Shown here piece by piece: positions 20,768 through 32,204 of a stretch of DNA of 43,801 nucleotides. The DNA is taken from contig JAYNIS010000001.1 in NCBI GenBank assembly GCA_038109325.1, positions 1 through 43,801 on the forward strand, written 5' to 3'. The notes beneath the pieces were generated by a model. That model saw nothing but the letters and a program-made list of their open reading frames with translations, searched no databases and was not told the origin of the DNA. Made by a program: the position numbers and the translations under genes. Position 1 is the first letter of the stretch; the number at the start of each line of letters is the position of its first letter. Source of the stretch: Gammaproteobacteria bacterium. Lineage in GTDB: Bacteria; Pseudomonadota; Gammaproteobacteria; Pseudomonadales; Litorivicinaceae.

Positions 20768-22458
20768 ATGCCTCAACACGTCAGGCGTCGAGCCGCTGGA
20801 GATTGTGGTTTGTTGGGTCCGTTTTAGGTCTCTTGGTGTTCACCATTTGCGGCCGTCTCGTTCGGTTGCATGTCCTTGAAACGCAGCACCTCCGGGACAT
20901 TAGTGACGAGATCACGATTCGTTACCAAAAAATCCCAGCCTATCGAGGAATGATCACTGATCGATTTGCGCAACCCTTGGCGATTTCGACTCCTGTGGCT
21001 GCGATCGCAGTGAGGCCGAAGAAACTGACGGATTCATTCTGGCCTGAAAAGCTTGCGCCGTTGATGGATTCGGATGCTGAAAAGCTACGTGATCGTGTTG
21101 CACGAAGCCCATCGCCATTTCTATATTTGTCGCGTTATGTCACCCCAGAGCGTGCGAGCCAGATAGAAGCACTTGAGCTTGAGGGTGTTGAGGTTGTGCG
21201 TCAGTTCCGTCGCTTCTATCCCGCTGGAGAAGTCGCAGCACATCTTGTGGGCTTTACGAACATCGAGGATCGGGGGCAGGAGGGCCTTGAGCTCTCATAT
21301 AACGATTGGTTGTCTGGGCAAGATGGCCTTCGTCATATTTTAAGAAATCGTCGCGCAAACGTAGTCCGGTATGTGAGTGCGGGGCAGGAGGTGCAGCAAG
21401 GCCGCGATTTGAGACTCTCTATCGATTTACGTCTGCAGTATCTGACGTACCGTGCATTGAAAGAGGCGGTAGCACGAGCGCGAGCTGCGGGCGGTAGTGC
21501 GGTTCTTGTCGATGCTTGGACAGGTGAAGTATTGGCTTTGGCCGCACAGCCAGCCTTTAACCCAAATGACATGGCTACCCGCACACCTGAGCGCGTGCGT
21601 AATCGCCCAGTTACCGATCTGATGGAGCCTGGTTCTCCTATTAAGCCATTTACAATTGCAACTGCTTTGGATCTTGGTTTAGTTGATCCAGATACGCTGA
21701 TTGAAACCTCGCCCGGCCGACTAAAGGTGCAAGGGCATGTCATTGCAGATATGAGCAATTACGGAGAGATTGACGTTAACACTGTGATTGCGAAGTCATC
21801 CAATGTGGGGACTACTAAAATCGCAATGATGATGGAGCCGTCGGCCCTCAGGGATCGTCTTGCGCTTCTGGGGCTCGGGCAGCCGACGGCGACAGGGTTT
21901 CCTGGTGAAGAAGAGGGATTCCTTCCAAGTTACGCAAGATGGCGCGATCTTGATCGTGCAGCGCTTTCGTATGGTTACAATTTGAATATCACCACAATTC
22001 AGTTGGCTCAGGCATATAGCGTGTTCGCCAACGGCGGCATCCTACAGCCGCTGACACTACTGGCTGAAGGAGTTACACCGCGACCTGCTCGTGTCTTCAA
22101 AGAAGATACAGTGAAAAAAGTGCTACCGATGCTTCAGGCAGCGACCGAAGAGGGCGGCACAGCCCGACGAGCTCAGATCCCGATGTACCACGTGGGTGGT
22201 AAAACAGGAACAACGATGAAATACGCTGATGGCTCTTATGCGAGCCGCCAGTACATCTCAAGTTTTGTAGGCCTTGCCCCAATCGCAAATCCTCGATTTG
22301 TCATGGCGATCTCAGTCGATGATCCAAGGTCGCAGCAATATTACGGCGGCCAAGTGGCGGCTCCTGTCTTTGCGGATGTGATGGATGACGTAATGCGTAT
22401 CTACGATATCCCCCCGGATAAGCTCTATAAGTCGATGCTCGCTGGGAGGGCCAATTGA
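20764..22458 (+). CDS. ftsI: Septal peptidoglycan transpeptidase PBP3
   Basis: RGMITDR, RRFYP and GLE motifs; catalytic SPIK (SxxK), SSN and KTG. Confidence 0.96.
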   Translation: MNASTRQASSRWRLWFVGSVLGLLVFTICGRLVRLHVLETQHLRDISDEITIRYQKIPAYRGMITDRFAQPLAISTPVAAIAVRPKKLTDSFWPEKLAPLMDSDAEKLRDRVARSPSPFLYLSRYVTPERASQIEALELEGVEVVRQFRRFYPAGEVAAHLVGFTNIEDRGQEGLELSYNDWLSGQDGLRHILRNRRANVVRYVSAGQEVQQGRDLRLSIDLRLQYLTYRALKEAVARARAAGGSAVLVDAWTGEVLALAAQPAFNPNDMATRTPERVRNRPVTDLMEPGSPIKPFTIATALDLGLVDPDTLIETSPGRLKVQGHVIADMSNYGEIDVNTVIAKSSNVGTTKIAMMMEPSALRDRLALLGLGQPTATGFPGEEEGFLPSYARWRDLDRAALSYGYNLNITTIQLAQAYSVFANGGILQPLTLLAEGVTPRPARVFKEDTVKKVLPMLQAATEEGGTARRAQIPMYHVGGKTGTTMKYADGSYASRQYISSFVGLAPIANPRFVMAISVDDPRSQQYYGGQVAAPVFADVMDDVMRIYDIPPDKLYKSMLAGRAN

Positions 22459-23933
22459 TGCGTCTGGAGCGACTGCTCGCAGGAATTGACCTTCAGTTTG
22501 ATCGTGCCTCGGGGATTGAAGTGTCGGGTCTGACGCTTGATTCTCGGAAGGTGACCGACGGTGCCCTATTTGTTGCCATTAAGGGATCAGTAGGTCATGG
22601 AATGGACTACGTTGATGCCGCGATTTTAGCGGGAGCATCAGCCGTTATTTATGATGACTGGGACGGTGAAATTCCGAAGATAATCCCAGCGTTACACATC
22701 CCTGGACTGATGCATAAGGTTGGGCATATCGCTCACGCATTTTATGGTAATCCGTGCTCGGCAATGCAAATTATTGGAGTCACCGGGACCAACGGAAAAA
22801 CCACGACCGTTCATTTAATCGCTCAACTTGCAGAACATTTGGGAATAAAGGCTGCACGAATTGGGACGCTTGGCGTTTCAGTTGGCGCAGATAAATTGAT
22901 CGAGTCTGATCGCACAACCCCGGATGCGATTACTCTGGCATCCATGTTTGCCGAGCTACGAAGCCGCGATGTCAATTTTGTCGCAATGGAAGTTTCATCT
23001 CACGCTCTTGATCAGGGTCGTGTGGACGGTATTCCTTTTACTGTTGGCGTCATCACCAATCTCACTCGTGATCATTTGGATTATCACCAAACAATGGAAG
23101 CTTACGGCGCAGCCAAGGCACGCTTATTCCACGATTTTGCATTGAGGGCCGCTATTTTTAATACAGATGATTCCTTCTGTCGCAAGCTTTCGGAAACGAC
23201 CTCGCAGTTCAACGTCGTTAACTATGGGAGCGATGCAGATCATGTCGATATACAGTTGATTCGGCCGACGGATAGCGGATCAAACATTAGAGTCTCGATA
23301 CATAGCGTAGCCTATGATCTGCAAACCAGTCTATTGGGTGCGTTTAACGCCTCCAACGTAATGGCCGCTTTTGCAGCAATATCAGCATTATTCCCTGACG
23401 ATGTGGATCGGCTACTTGCGGCGATCCCGAAATTACAAGCAGCCCCTGGACGGATGGAGTGGTTCAGGGCTCCAGAGTTTGCCACAGTTGTTGTCGATTA
23501 CGCTCACACCCCAGATGCACTCGAGAATGCGATTAAGACTTGCAAGGCACATTGTGTCGGAGAGGTCTGGTCAGTCTTTGGTTGTGGCGGAGATCGGGAT
23601 GTGGGCAAGCGACCATTGATGGGGCAAGTGGCGTCCGAGTTGTCCGACCATATCGTGCTGACATCAGATAATCCTCGCTCTGAGTCGCCTCAACATATCT
23701 TGAATGATATTCGGGCCGGTATGACCAAGCCCCCGATTCTTGAAGAGCTTGATCGTGCTGCGGCGATACGATTTGCAGTGGAGCATGCATCCGCCGATGA
23801 TTGGGTGCTGCTTGCCGGTAAGGGCCATGAAAATACCCAGACCATCGGTCAAAAAACGGTTGTCTATTCTGATCGAGCCGAAGTCGCTCGATTATTTGGA
23901 TTGATGGGCTCGGAGGTACAGCATGCTTCCTAG
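22458..23933 (+). CDS. murE: UDP-MurNAc-tripeptide synthetase (meso-DAP ligase)
   Basis: GVTGTNGKTT, MEVSSH, DYAHTPD and DNPR (meso-DAP specificity) motifs. Confidence 0.97.
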   Translation: MRLERLLAGIDLQFDRASGIEVSGLTLDSRKVTDGALFVAIKGSVGHGMDYVDAAILAGASAVIYDDWDGEIPKIIPALHIPGLMHKVGHIAHAFYGNPCSAMQIIGVTGTNGKTTTVHLIAQLAEHLGIKAARIGTLGVSVGADKLIESDRTTPDAITLASMFAELRSRDVNFVAMEVSSHALDQGRVDGIPFTVGVITNLTRDHLDYHQTMEAYGAAKARLFHDFALRAAIFNTDDSFCRKLSETTSQFNVVNYGSDADHVDIQLIRPTDSGSNIRVSIHSVAYDLQTSLLGAFNASNVMAAFAAISALFPDDVDRLLAAIPKLQAAPGRMEWFRAPEFATVVVDYAHTPDALENAIKTCKAHCVGEVWSVFGCGGDRDVGKRPLMGQVASELSDHIVLTSDNPRSESPQHILNDIRAGMTKPPILEELDRAAAIRFAVEHASADDWVLLAGKGHENTQTIGQKTVVYSDRAEVARLFGLMGSEVQHAS

Positions 23934-25266
23934 CGCACTGCATGACATGGCCTCAGTCGTGGACGGGACCGTTTCTGGTAACCCCATGATCTCAGGCTTG
24001 ACCATCGATAGTCGACAAGCGGGTAAAGGTGACTTATTTGTTGCGTTGACGGCTGAGCGTGATGGTCATGATTACATTGCAAATGCCGCAGAAAGCGGAG
24101 CATCTGCTGCGCTTGTCTCTAAGCCCACATCGATCCTGCCATCGATTTGCGTGACAGATACTCTAGATGCCATGACTGAACTCGCACGCGCGATGCGTGA
24201 TTCGTATGCGGGAGAGGTATTTGCATTGACTGGCAGTCAGGGTAAGACCAGTACCAGAGGATTTTTAGCCTCGATATTGACGCAAATGGCCCGGAGATCT
24301 GGATCGGGATCCATTCTTGTGACTCAGGGGAATCTAAATAATCACCTGGGTGTTCCTCTAACCATGGCAAGGCTGCGACCACATCATCCGTATGCCTTGT
24401 TTGAATTGGGCGCATCAGCCGTCGGTGAAATCAATCACTTGGCATCGCTTGTTCGGCCTCAAGTCTCAGCGCTTCTGAATGCACGTGCTGCGCACCTTGA
24501 AGGCTTTGGTTCAATTGCAGGGGTTATTCAGGGTAAAGGGGAAATTATTGATCAGACTGCGACAAACGGAACAGTTATTTTGAATCGTGATGAACCTGCA
24601 TTTGGGGAATGGTTGAACCGAGCTGGCTCGAGGCGTGTCATTAGTGTCGGCCGTGAAGCAGGTGATTTGGTTTGGAGTCAGATTTCTGATCAAGGGTTGC
24701 AGATTTATTATGACGGCCGCGTCCTCAACGCATCATTGCCCACACTCGGTCAGCATTTTATGGAAAATGCAGCGCTCGCCTCTGCGATGGCAATTGCTGC
24801 CGGAGCCACCGACCAAGAAATTATCGATGGGCTTGAGGCGGCATCGATCGAGCCGGGTCGTATGACCCCTATTCAACTGGTGGATACATTGCTGGTTGAC
24901 GATACCTATAACGCCAGTCCACAGGCTGTTCGCGCGGCCATTGATTGGTTGGCAACATGCCAAGGTGTGCGTGTTCTCGCGATGGGCGGATTGAGTGAGC
25001 TGGGTGAGGTTGCTGAAAGCGAAATGCATGCGCTTGGAGCCTATGCCAAGTCAAAAGGAATTGATCGATTGGTTGCGACAGGCACAGCAATGCCAATTGC
25101 TGAAGGATATGGCGCGGATGCTCAGTATTTTCCAACCCATGATGGTGTGTGCGATTTCTTAACCGAAAACGTTCGCGATGCGAATGTGATTCTGGTGAAG
25201 GGGTCGCGATCAGCACAAATGGACAGAGTGATTACCGCGCTCAAATTGCGACAAGGAGGGCAGTAG
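23923..25266 (+). CDS. murF: UDP-MurNAc-tripeptide--D-Ala-D-Ala ligase
   Basis: [30 protein letters not shown] and LVKGSR motifs. Confidence 0.96.
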   Translation: MLPSALHDMASVVDGTVSGNPMISGLTIDSRQAGKGDLFVALTAERDGHDYIANAAESGASAALVSKPTSILPSICVTDTLDAMTELARAMRDSYAGEVFALTGSQGKTSTRGFLASILTQMARRSGSGSILVTQGNLNNHLGVPLTMARLRPHHPYALFELGASAVGEINHLASLVRPQVSALLNARAAHLEGFGSIAGVIQGKGEIIDQTATNGTVILNRDEPAFGEWLNRAGSRRVISVGREAGDLVWSQISDQGLQIYYDGRVLNASLPTLGQHFMENAALASAMAIAAGATDQEIIDGLEAASIEPGRMTPIQLVDTLLVDDTYNASPQAVRAAIDWLATCQGVRVLAMGGLSELGEVAESEMHALGAYAKSKGIDRLVATGTAMPIAEGYGADAQYFPTHDGVCDFLTENVRDANVILVKGSRSAQMDRVITALKLRQGGQ

Positions 25267-25268
25267 CT

Positions 25269-26351
25269 GTGTTGCTTTGGTTAGCTAATTATCTCAGCAC
25301 ATTCGAACCGGGCTTTGCTGTTTTCCAGTATCTGACACTTCGCTCGATCTTGGGCGTATTGACCGCGCTAATCACAGCTTTATTTGTGGGCCCCTGGGTT
25401 ATCCGCTCGTTGGAGACGCGCCAAATCGGTCAATCGGTGCGCCGCGATGGGCCTGAATCGCATTTTTCAAAGCAAGGTACACCAACGATGGGCGGCGTCT
25501 TGATCCTAGTGTGTATCACCGCTTCAACACTTCTTTGGGGTGATCTCACTAACGTGTACGTTTGGGTTGCCTTATTTGTGATGCTGGGTTTTGGCGTCAT
25601 TGGCTGGATTGATGACTGGAAAAAAATTGTTCTGAGGAATTCGGAAGGGCTGTCTGCAAAATCGAAATATCTTGGGCAATCGATTGTTGGATTGGTTGCT
25701 GCAGTGATCCTCTATCAGATCGCGAAAACACCGGCTGAGACAACACTCTTGGTTCCGTTTTTTAAAGACATTCTGATCCCACTGGGTTTTGGCTACATCA
25801 TCCTGACGTATTTCGTAATTGTTGGTACATCAAATGCCGTCAATTTGACCGACGGCCTTGATGGCTTGGCGATTCTCCCAACGGTGTTAGTCGCTGTTGC
25901 TCTAGGTGTCTTCGCATACCTCACAGGTAACGCGATTTTCTCTCAGTATCTGTTTATTCCATTCATTCCTGGGACAGGTGAACTAGTCGTATTTCTTGGT
26001 GCCATGGTTGGAGCTGGTCTCGGATTTTTGTGGTTCAACACCTATCCGGCGCAGGTGTTTATGGGTGATGTTGGGGCGCTCTCGCTGGGCGCTGCCCTCG
26101 GTGTCGTCGCTGTAATGGTTCGTCAAGAGTTGGTGCTCTTCATCATGGGAGGAATCTTCGTTCTCGAAACTGTGTCGGTGATGCTGCAGGTTGCGAGTTT
26201 CCGTCTGACCGGCAAGCGTCTCTTCCGTATGGCTCCGATTCATCATCATTTTGAGCTGAAAGGATGGCCCGAACCTCGAGTGATTGTGCGGTTTTGGATT
26301 ATTTCAGTGATGTTGGTATTGGTGGGTCTTGCGACCTTGAAGTTGAGATAA
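25269..26351 (+). CDS. mraY: Phospho-MurNAc-pentapeptide transferase
   Basis: GTG 25269 gives 360 aa; [28 protein letters not shown] and APIHHHFE motifs. Confidence 0.98.
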   Translation: MLLWLANYLSTFEPGFAVFQYLTLRSILGVLTALITALFVGPWVIRSLETRQIGQSVRRDGPESHFSKQGTPTMGGVLILVCITASTLLWGDLTNVYVWVALFVMLGFGVIGWIDDWKKIVLRNSEGLSAKSKYLGQSIVGLVAAVILYQIAKTPAETTLLVPFFKDILIPLGFGYIILTYFVIVGTSNAVNLTDGLDGLAILPTVLVAVALGVFAYLTGNAIFSQYLFIPFIPGTGELVVFLGAMVGAGLGFLWFNTYPAQVFMGDVGALSLGAALGVVAVMVRQELVLFIMGGIFVLETVSVMLQVASFRLTGKRLFRMAPIHHHFELKGWPEPRVIVRFWIISVMLVLVGLATLKLR

Positions 26352-26354
26352 TCG

Positions 26355-27695
26355 ATGTCTTTGATCGCTAGCAGTAAACGCCTCATTCTAGGTGCCGGCC
26401 CAACCGGACAAGCTGTTGCGCGTCATTTTCAGCAATTGGGAATTCAATTCGAGGTCGCCGATACGCGCGAGTCGGATGATTTAAAAACTGGTTTTGAAAG
26501 AGAATTCCCTGGTGTTCAGACCTACTTTGGGCCGTTAAAGACCAAGTACCTAGATCGATTTGAAGAGATTGTTGTAAGCCCAGGGCTTGCCCCAACGACC
26601 GAGGGTTTAGACCAAACAAGGTCGCACCTCATCAGTGATATTCAGGTATTTCGACGCGCATGGCCAGAAAATCAACCTTTGATCGCGATTACTGGTTCCA
26701 ATGCAAAATCGACAGTGACTTCCTTGGTTGCAGCGATATTAAAAGCTGATGGTCGATCAGTCCTTGTGGGTGGGAATTTCGGCCCTCAAGCACTCGATCT
26801 ATTGGTAGATCGTACCGATGAATCGATTGCCGTGCTCGAGCTATCAAGCTTCCAGCTCGAGCGCACTCGCGGCCTCAAGGCAACCGTCGCGACATGTTTG
26901 AACATGTCTCCAGATCATCTGGACTGGCATGGCTCAATGGTCGCTTATCACCAAGCGAAGCATCGCATTTTTGAGGGTGTGGGTGCGATCGTAGTCAATG
27001 CTGAAGACCCTTTATCACAACCGTTGGTGCCGGATCAGACGCCAACAATTCGGTTTGCACTTCAGCATCCGGATTTCTATCGATTTGGGCTCATGGTGCT
27101 GGATGGCGATGATTGGATCTCGTTGGGTGCTGACCCATGGCTGCCTGTCTCTGAGCTCCCAATGCCTGGTCGCCACATGATTCAAAATGCCATGGCGGCT
27201 TTTGGAGTTTGTCACTTGATCGGAGTGGACAAGGCAGTTGCAGTTGCCGCGACGCGCGCGTTTATCGGGCTACCTCATCGAATGGTTGAGTTGAATCCTG
27301 TCCGCGGCGTGCGATTCATCAATGATTCCAAAGGCACCAACGTAGGCGCATCGGAGACTGCAATATCGAGTGTCGAGACGCTAGGCCAACTTTATTTGCT
27401 TGCCGGTGGTGAAAGTAAGGACGCCGATCTGAGCCAGTGGGCTAAGACAGCAAAGCTGCATTGCAAACATGTATTTGCCTTCGGCCGTGATCGACAGCGG
27501 TTTGTTGATGCATTAGGCCGACAGGTCACTGCGGTGGAAACATTAGATCAAGCGTTTGAGCTTGCCCTTCAACATGCAGGTGAAGGTGATGTGCTGTTAT
27601 TAAGTCCCGCATGTGCAAGCTTTGACCAGTTCTCGAACTACCAGGAACGTGGTGCTCATTTTGAAGCACTGGTGGAGGCGTATCGTGAAATTTGA
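26355..27695 (+). CDS. murD: UDP-MurNAc-L-Ala--D-glutamate ligase
   Basis: ITGSNAKSTVT, LELSSFQLE, NDSKGTN and LLSPACASFDQF motifs. Confidence 0.97.
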   Translation: MSLIASSKRLILGAGPTGQAVARHFQQLGIQFEVADTRESDDLKTGFEREFPGVQTYFGPLKTKYLDRFEEIVVSPGLAPTTEGLDQTRSHLISDIQVFRRAWPENQPLIAITGSNAKSTVTSLVAAILKADGRSVLVGGNFGPQALDLLVDRTDESIAVLELSSFQLERTRGLKATVATCLNMSPDHLDWHGSMVAYHQAKHRIFEGVGAIVVNAEDPLSQPLVPDQTPTIRFALQHPDFYRFGLMVLDGDDWISLGADPWLPVSELPMPGRHMIQNAMAAFGVCHLIGVDKAVAVAATRAFIGLPHRMVELNPVRGVRFINDSKGTNVGASETAISSVETLGQLYLLAGGESKDADLSQWAKTAKLHCKHVFAFGRDRQRFVDALGRQVTAVETLDQAFELALQHAGEGDVLLLSPACASFDQFSNYQERGAHFEALVEAYREI

Positions 27696-28830
27696 GATTC
27701 GCCGGTCAGACTTTATTCCGTTGGGATTACCTGACATCCACTTCGTTCTCGCAGCCTGTGCATTGGCTTGTCTTGGATTTTTATTGGTTGCATCGAGCTC
27801 GATCGAAGTCGCTTCTGATCGCTTCGGTCAACCGTTTAGTTTCGCGATGAAGCATGCGCTATTTTTAACAATTGCAGCGATTGGCGGCGTTGTCGCGTAT
27901 CTCATTCCCACGCGCTGGTGGTACAACTACGCAACCCACTTTTTGCTGTTTTCGATGGTCCTGCTCGCAATCATCTTAATCCCAGGAATTGGTTTAACGG
28001 TCAATGGGGCAACTCGTTGGCTGAGTCTTGGATTTTTAAATCTACAGCCATCCGAGATCGCCAAATTCACAATGATGCTGTTTTTAGCATCCTACCTAGT
28101 TCGACGCCTCGAAGAGGTCCGACAGAAGTTCAGTGGCTTCGTCAAACCGATGGCTGTTGTTGGGTTAATTGCAGTTTTGTTATTGATGGAACCGGACTAT
28201 GGAACGCTATTGGTCCTGAGCTGTGCTGTGATGGGTGTGTTGTTTTTAGCAGGAGCACCATTTACACAATACATCGTATTTGGCTCGGCACTCGTGCTTG
28301 GACTCGTGGTGCTGGCTGTGATTGAGCCATATCGGTTTGAGCGGATTGAGACGATCTTTAATCCATGGGCCGTTCGGTATGGTGCGGGTTATCAGATCAC
28401 GCAGGCGCTTCTCGCATTTGGTCGCGGTGGCATTTTCGGAATGGGGCTCGGTAACTCCGTTCAGAAACTTTTTTACCTACCTGAAGCGCACACGGATTTT
28501 GTCTTTGCGATTTTGGCGGAAGAGCTCGGTTTAATCGGTGCTTTGAGTACTGTTGCCCTGATGACATACATGGTCTGGCGTGGTCTTTTAATCGGTCGTC
28601 GCGCCGAGTTAGGCGGTCGGCCTTTTGCTGCCTATCTTACTTATGGATTGGTATTACTCATTGCGCTGCAAATTCTTATCAACTTAGCGGTCAACATCGG
28701 ATTAGCGCCGACCACTGGATTAACTCTTCCACTTTTGAGTTATGGCGGAAGCTCACTCGTCATGACAGCTGCAAGTCTCGGCGTCATCGCACGGATCAGT
28801 GCAGACAATCTTCCTGGAGGGCGGTCATGA
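27685..28830 (+). CDS. ftsW: SEDS peptidoglycan polymerase FtsW
   Basis: GTG 27685 after GGAGG; NGATRW, QPSE, LPEAHTDF, AEELG and SYGGSS motifs. Confidence 0.97.
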   Translation: MKFEIRRSDFIPLGLPDIHFVLAACALACLGFLLVASSSIEVASDRFGQPFSFAMKHALFLTIAAIGGVVAYLIPTRWWYNYATHFLLFSMVLLAIILIPGIGLTVNGATRWLSLGFLNLQPSEIAKFTMMLFLASYLVRRLEEVRQKFSGFVKPMAVVGLIAVLLLMEPDYGTLLVLSCAVMGVLFLAGAPFTQYIVFGSALVLGLVVLAVIEPYRFERIETIFNPWAVRYGAGYQITQALLAFGRGGIFGMGLGNSVQKLFYLPEAHTDFVFAILAEELGLIGALSTVALMTYMVWRGLLIGRRAELGGRPFAAYLTYGLVLLIALQILINLAVNIGLAPTTGLTLPLLSYGGSSLVMTAASLGVIARISADNLPGGRS

Positions 28831-29894
28831 AAGAACCAATATGCATCATGGCCGGAGGAACTGGGGGGCATATCTTCCCAGGATTAGCGGTTGCCGAGGA
28901 ACTGATCAAGCGTGGCGAGACTGTGCATTGGATCGGATCAAAGCATGGCCTCGAAGGGCGTCTGGTTCCTGAAAAAGGAATTCCAATGCACTACCTGGCT
29001 GTGCGCGGTCTTCGTGGAAAGCAGGGCTTGCAACGCATTACAGGACCGATTCGGCTCGGTATTTCTATCATTCAGGCGCTGATTCTGATGCTCCGATTAA
29101 GGCCAGCTGTCTGTGTTGGTTTTGGTGGGTATCCGGCAGGACCTGGCGGTATTGCAGCGAAGATCATGAAAGTTCCTGTGGTAATTCATGAGCAGAACGC
29201 TGTAGCAGGGATGACGAATAAGTATTTGGCCAAGTTCGCGACCAAAGTACTGACGGCTTTTCCGGATGTGATCGAAGGTGCCGAATGTGTTGGCAACCCG
29301 ATTCGTCCAGAGATCGATTCAGTGGGTCGTCAACGTATTGCAGATGGGTATCAAGCAAGTGATACAACACGCGTCCTAGTAATAGGTGGGTCTCAGGGTG
29401 CCAAGTCACTGAATGAGCGATTGCCTGAGAAATTAAAAGCCGTAGCAAGTCAATATGGCATTGAAGTCACGCACCAAACAGGCGTGTCTGGAAAGGGTCG
29501 GGTCTATGAACAGTATCAAGCTCTTGATCTTGATGCCACGGTGGTTGCTTTTATCAGTCGCATGGATGAGGCATATCGAGATGCAGATATTGTGGTTTGT
29601 CGTGCGGGTGCACTCACAGTTTCTGAGTTAGCAAGCGCGGCTATGCCATCGGTTCTAATCCCATTTCCATATGCAGTTGATGACCACCAAACGAAAAATG
29701 GTCAGCAACTGCAGAACGCTGGCGCTGCTGTTATTGTTCAGGAGAAAGATCTCGATATCTTCGTCGCTAAGCTCTCAGATATCCTCCGTGCACCAGAAAA
29801 TTTGACCCAGATGGCGCGAGCAGCACGTTCCGTCGCAAAGCCAGAAGCCACTTTGCATGTCGCTGATTGTGTGCAGGTGGTCGCCCATGGTTAA
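28827..29894 (+). CDS. murG: Lipid I N-acetylglucosaminyltransferase
   Basis: AGGTGGH, HEQN, GGSQGA, RAGALTVSE and DDHQTKN motifs. Confidence 0.98.
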   Translation: MKEPICIMAGGTGGHIFPGLAVAEELIKRGETVHWIGSKHGLEGRLVPEKGIPMHYLAVRGLRGKQGLQRITGPIRLGISIIQALILMLRLRPAVCVGFGGYPAGPGGIAAKIMKVPVVIHEQNAVAGMTNKYLAKFATKVLTAFPDVIEGAECVGNPIRPEIDSVGRQRIADGYQASDTTRVLVIGGSQGAKSLNERLPEKLKAVASQYGIEVTHQTGVSGKGRVYEQYQALDLDATVVAFISRMDEAYRDADIVVCRAGALTVSELASAAMPSVLIPFPYAVDDHQTKNGQQLQNAGAAVIVQEKDLDIFVAKLSDILRAPENLTQMARAARSVAKPEATLHVADCVQVVAHG

Positions 29895-31290
29895 GCGGAT
29901 GGGACAAATCCAACGCATGCACTTCGTCGGAATCGGGGGAGTGGGCATGAGTGGTATTGCCGAAGTTCTTCTAAACCAAGGGTATTTAGTGTCTGGTTCG
30001 GACCTTCGAGAAGGGTCGGCCACTGAGCGGCTTGCCCGTTTGGGAGCGACAATTCATATTGGCCATCACGCATCAAACATCGAAGGTGCCGAGGTCGTCG
30101 TGGTGTCGAGTGCGATCGATCGCTCAAATCCAGAAGTCGTAACTGCTTTGAACGCAAGAGTTCCAGTTATTCCACGAGCACAAATGCTTGCTGAGTTAAT
30201 GCGATTTAAACACGGTATTGCGATTTCTGGGACGCATGGCAAAACCACCACTACATCGTTGGCAGCGTCAGTGTTGGCCGAGGGGGGACTCGATCCAACC
30301 TACATCATCGGTGGAAAGTTGAATCAGGCAGATACCAATGCGAGCTTAGGTGCGAGCGAATATATGGTTGCCGAGGCTGATGAAAGTGACGCGTCTTTCC
30401 TCGTCTTAAAGCCGATGATCGCAATCGTCACGAATATTGATGCAGATCATATGTCCACATACGGGGGTGACTTCGAGCGACTCAAGCAAACCTTTGTGCA
30501 ATTTTTACAGAACCTTCCATTTTATGGATTGGTGATTGCAAATGCTGATGACCCTGTGGTCACAGAGCTTCTGCCGGCTGTGGGTCGAACATTCCTAACC
30601 TTCGGCATCGATTCTGAGGCTGACTATCGGGCGGTGAACATTACAACCGATGGTTTTATGACCCATTTTGAGGTTGTACGTCCTGACGAAGAGAATCTGA
30701 GGGTCACGCTCTCGATGCCTGGGCGCCACAATGTGCTGAATGCGCTCGCAGTCGTCGCCTTGTCAGATCACTTGGGTGTAAGCGATGAGTCGCTCGTTAG
30801 AGCGCTTCGCGAATTCCAAGGCGTTGGTCGCCGTTTCCAATTAGCAGGATTTATCGAAAAAGAGGGTCAGCAGATTCCTGTCATCGATGACTATGGGCAT
30901 CATCCGAAGGAACTCGAAGTGACCTTCGATGCAGTTCGAGGCGCATATCCTGGGCGTCGTTTGGTCAGCGTATTCCAGCCACATCGCTATTCCCGAACGC
31001 AAGATCTCTTTGATGATTTTGTCTCCGTTCTGAATCGTGCCGATGAGCTTGTCTTAATGCCAGTGTATCCAGCAGGTGAGGCGCCAATCATTGGTGCTGA
31101 ATCGAAAGATCTTGCGCAAAGTATTCGTCGTCTTGGGCATTGTCGTCCTTATGTTGAAAGTGAATTCGATAAGGTGATTGAGCGTGTCAGTGCATTAGTT
31201 GAGCCCGACGATGTCGTATTGATTCAAGGGGCGGGTTCTATCGGACGACTTCCGTCTCAGATGGTTGCAACCCTTGGAGGTGGCCAATGA
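29887..31290 (+). CDS. murC: UDP-MurNAc--L-alanine ligase
   Basis: HFVGIGGVGMSG, GTHGKTTTT, EADESD, DDYGHHP and FQPHRYSR motifs. Confidence 0.98.
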   Translation: MVKRMGQIQRMHFVGIGGVGMSGIAEVLLNQGYLVSGSDLREGSATERLARLGATIHIGHHASNIEGAEVVVVSSAIDRSNPEVVTALNARVPVIPRAQMLAELMRFKHGIAISGTHGKTTTTSLAASVLAEGGLDPTYIIGGKLNQADTNASLGASEYMVAEADESDASFLVLKPMIAIVTNIDADHMSTYGGDFERLKQTFVQFLQNLPFYGLVIANADDPVVTELLPAVGRTFLTFGIDSEADYRAVNITTDGFMTHFEVVRPDEENLRVTLSMPGRHNVLNALAVVALSDHLGVSDESLVRALREFQGVGRRFQLAGFIEKEGQQIPVIDDYGHHPKELEVTFDAVRGAYPGRRLVSVFQPHRYSRTQDLFDDFVSVLNRADELVLMPVYPAGEAPIIGAESKDLAQSIRRLGHCRPYVESEFDKVIERVSALVEPDDVVLIQGAGSIGRLPSQMVATLGGGQ

Positions 31291-32204
31291 ATTGGGCAAA
31301 CGAACGCGTCGCTCTTTTGTATGGCGGCTTTGGGTCTGAAGCCAACGTCTCCCGTGATGGTAAGGAAACCGTTGCGGCTGCGATGCGTGATTTGGGTATC
31401 ACGCCGATAGAGATCGATATCAAAGGTGGATTGGTTGAGCCGTTGATGGCTGCGAACCCCACACGTGTCTTTAATCTCGTTCATGGTCGGCCCGGCGAAG
31501 ATGGTGTGCTGCAAGGATTGTTGTGTGCGCTTGGAATTCCTTTCACGGGATCGGGTGTTGGTGCGTCAGCATTGGCATTGGACAAGCCGCGGTCCAAACA
31601 AGTGTGGGAGTCACTCGGACTACCGACAGCGCCAATGGTTGTAGTGAACGATCTCGAGCAAGCCGAGATCTGCGTCAAACGATTAGGTCCTGAGCTCTTT
31701 GTGAAACCTGCTCACGAAGGATCGTCAGTTGGTGCCCATGTGGTTCATGGCGGCAGCCAATTGAAGGCTGCACTGATTGATGCGTTGAGACACGACACAC
31801 GAGTTTTGGTTGAGCCTTTGCTACCTGGACCAGAATTTACTGTCGGAGTTGTTCGAGGCTTAGCATTACCAGTGATTGGGATCCGCCCAAGTTCGGAATT
31901 TTATGACTACAACGCCAAGTACGAGTCTGATGATACTGAGTATCAGATCCCATCAGAATTAAGCCCTGAACTGGAGGCTGAAGCACAGCAACTGGCTCTT
32001 GAAGCATTTGATGCACTTGGCTGTCGCACATGGGGTCGGGTCGATTTCATGATGGATGAAACCGGCCATCTACTACTCGTTGAATGCAACACAGTTCCTG
32101 GTATGGGCAGTCATTCCCTCGTGCCAAAAGCAGCGCGTGCTTCAGGGATGGATATGCCGATGCTGATCGAACAGATCCTTCTTGATGCGGAGATCTCGCC
32201 ATGA
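31287..32204 (+). CDS. ddlB: D-alanine--D-alanine ligase
   Basis: HGRPGEDG, VKPAHEGSSVG, YDYNAKY, GRVDF and ECNTVPG motifs. Confidence 0.95.
   Translation: MNWANERVALLYGGFGSEANVSRDGKETVAAAMRDLGITPIEIDIKGGLVEPLMAANPTRVFNLVHGRPGEDGVLQGLLCALGIPFTGSGVGASALALDKPRSKQVWESLGLPTAPMVVVNDLEQAEICVKRLGPELFVKPAHEGSSVGAHVVHGGSQLKAALIDALRHDTRVLVEPLLPGPEFTVGVVRGLALPVIGIRPSSEFYDYNAKYESDDTEYQIPSELSPELEAEAQQLALEAFDALGCRTWGRVDFMMDETGHLLLVECNTVPGMGSHSLVPKAARASGMDMPMLIEQILLDAEISP

Noticed and set aside
28385-28490. FtsW differs at positions of E. coli activating alleles (M269 to L, E289 to F)
   Set aside because: Similar residues occur in Pseudomonas-type FtsW as I recall, so they are not distinctive
31317-31375. 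Atypical Ddl N-terminal motif GGFGSEANVSRDG, a possible D-Ala-D-Lac ligase
   Set aside because: The key Glu and the omega-loop Tyr (YDYNAKY) are retained, which fits an ordinary D-Ala-D-Ala ligase
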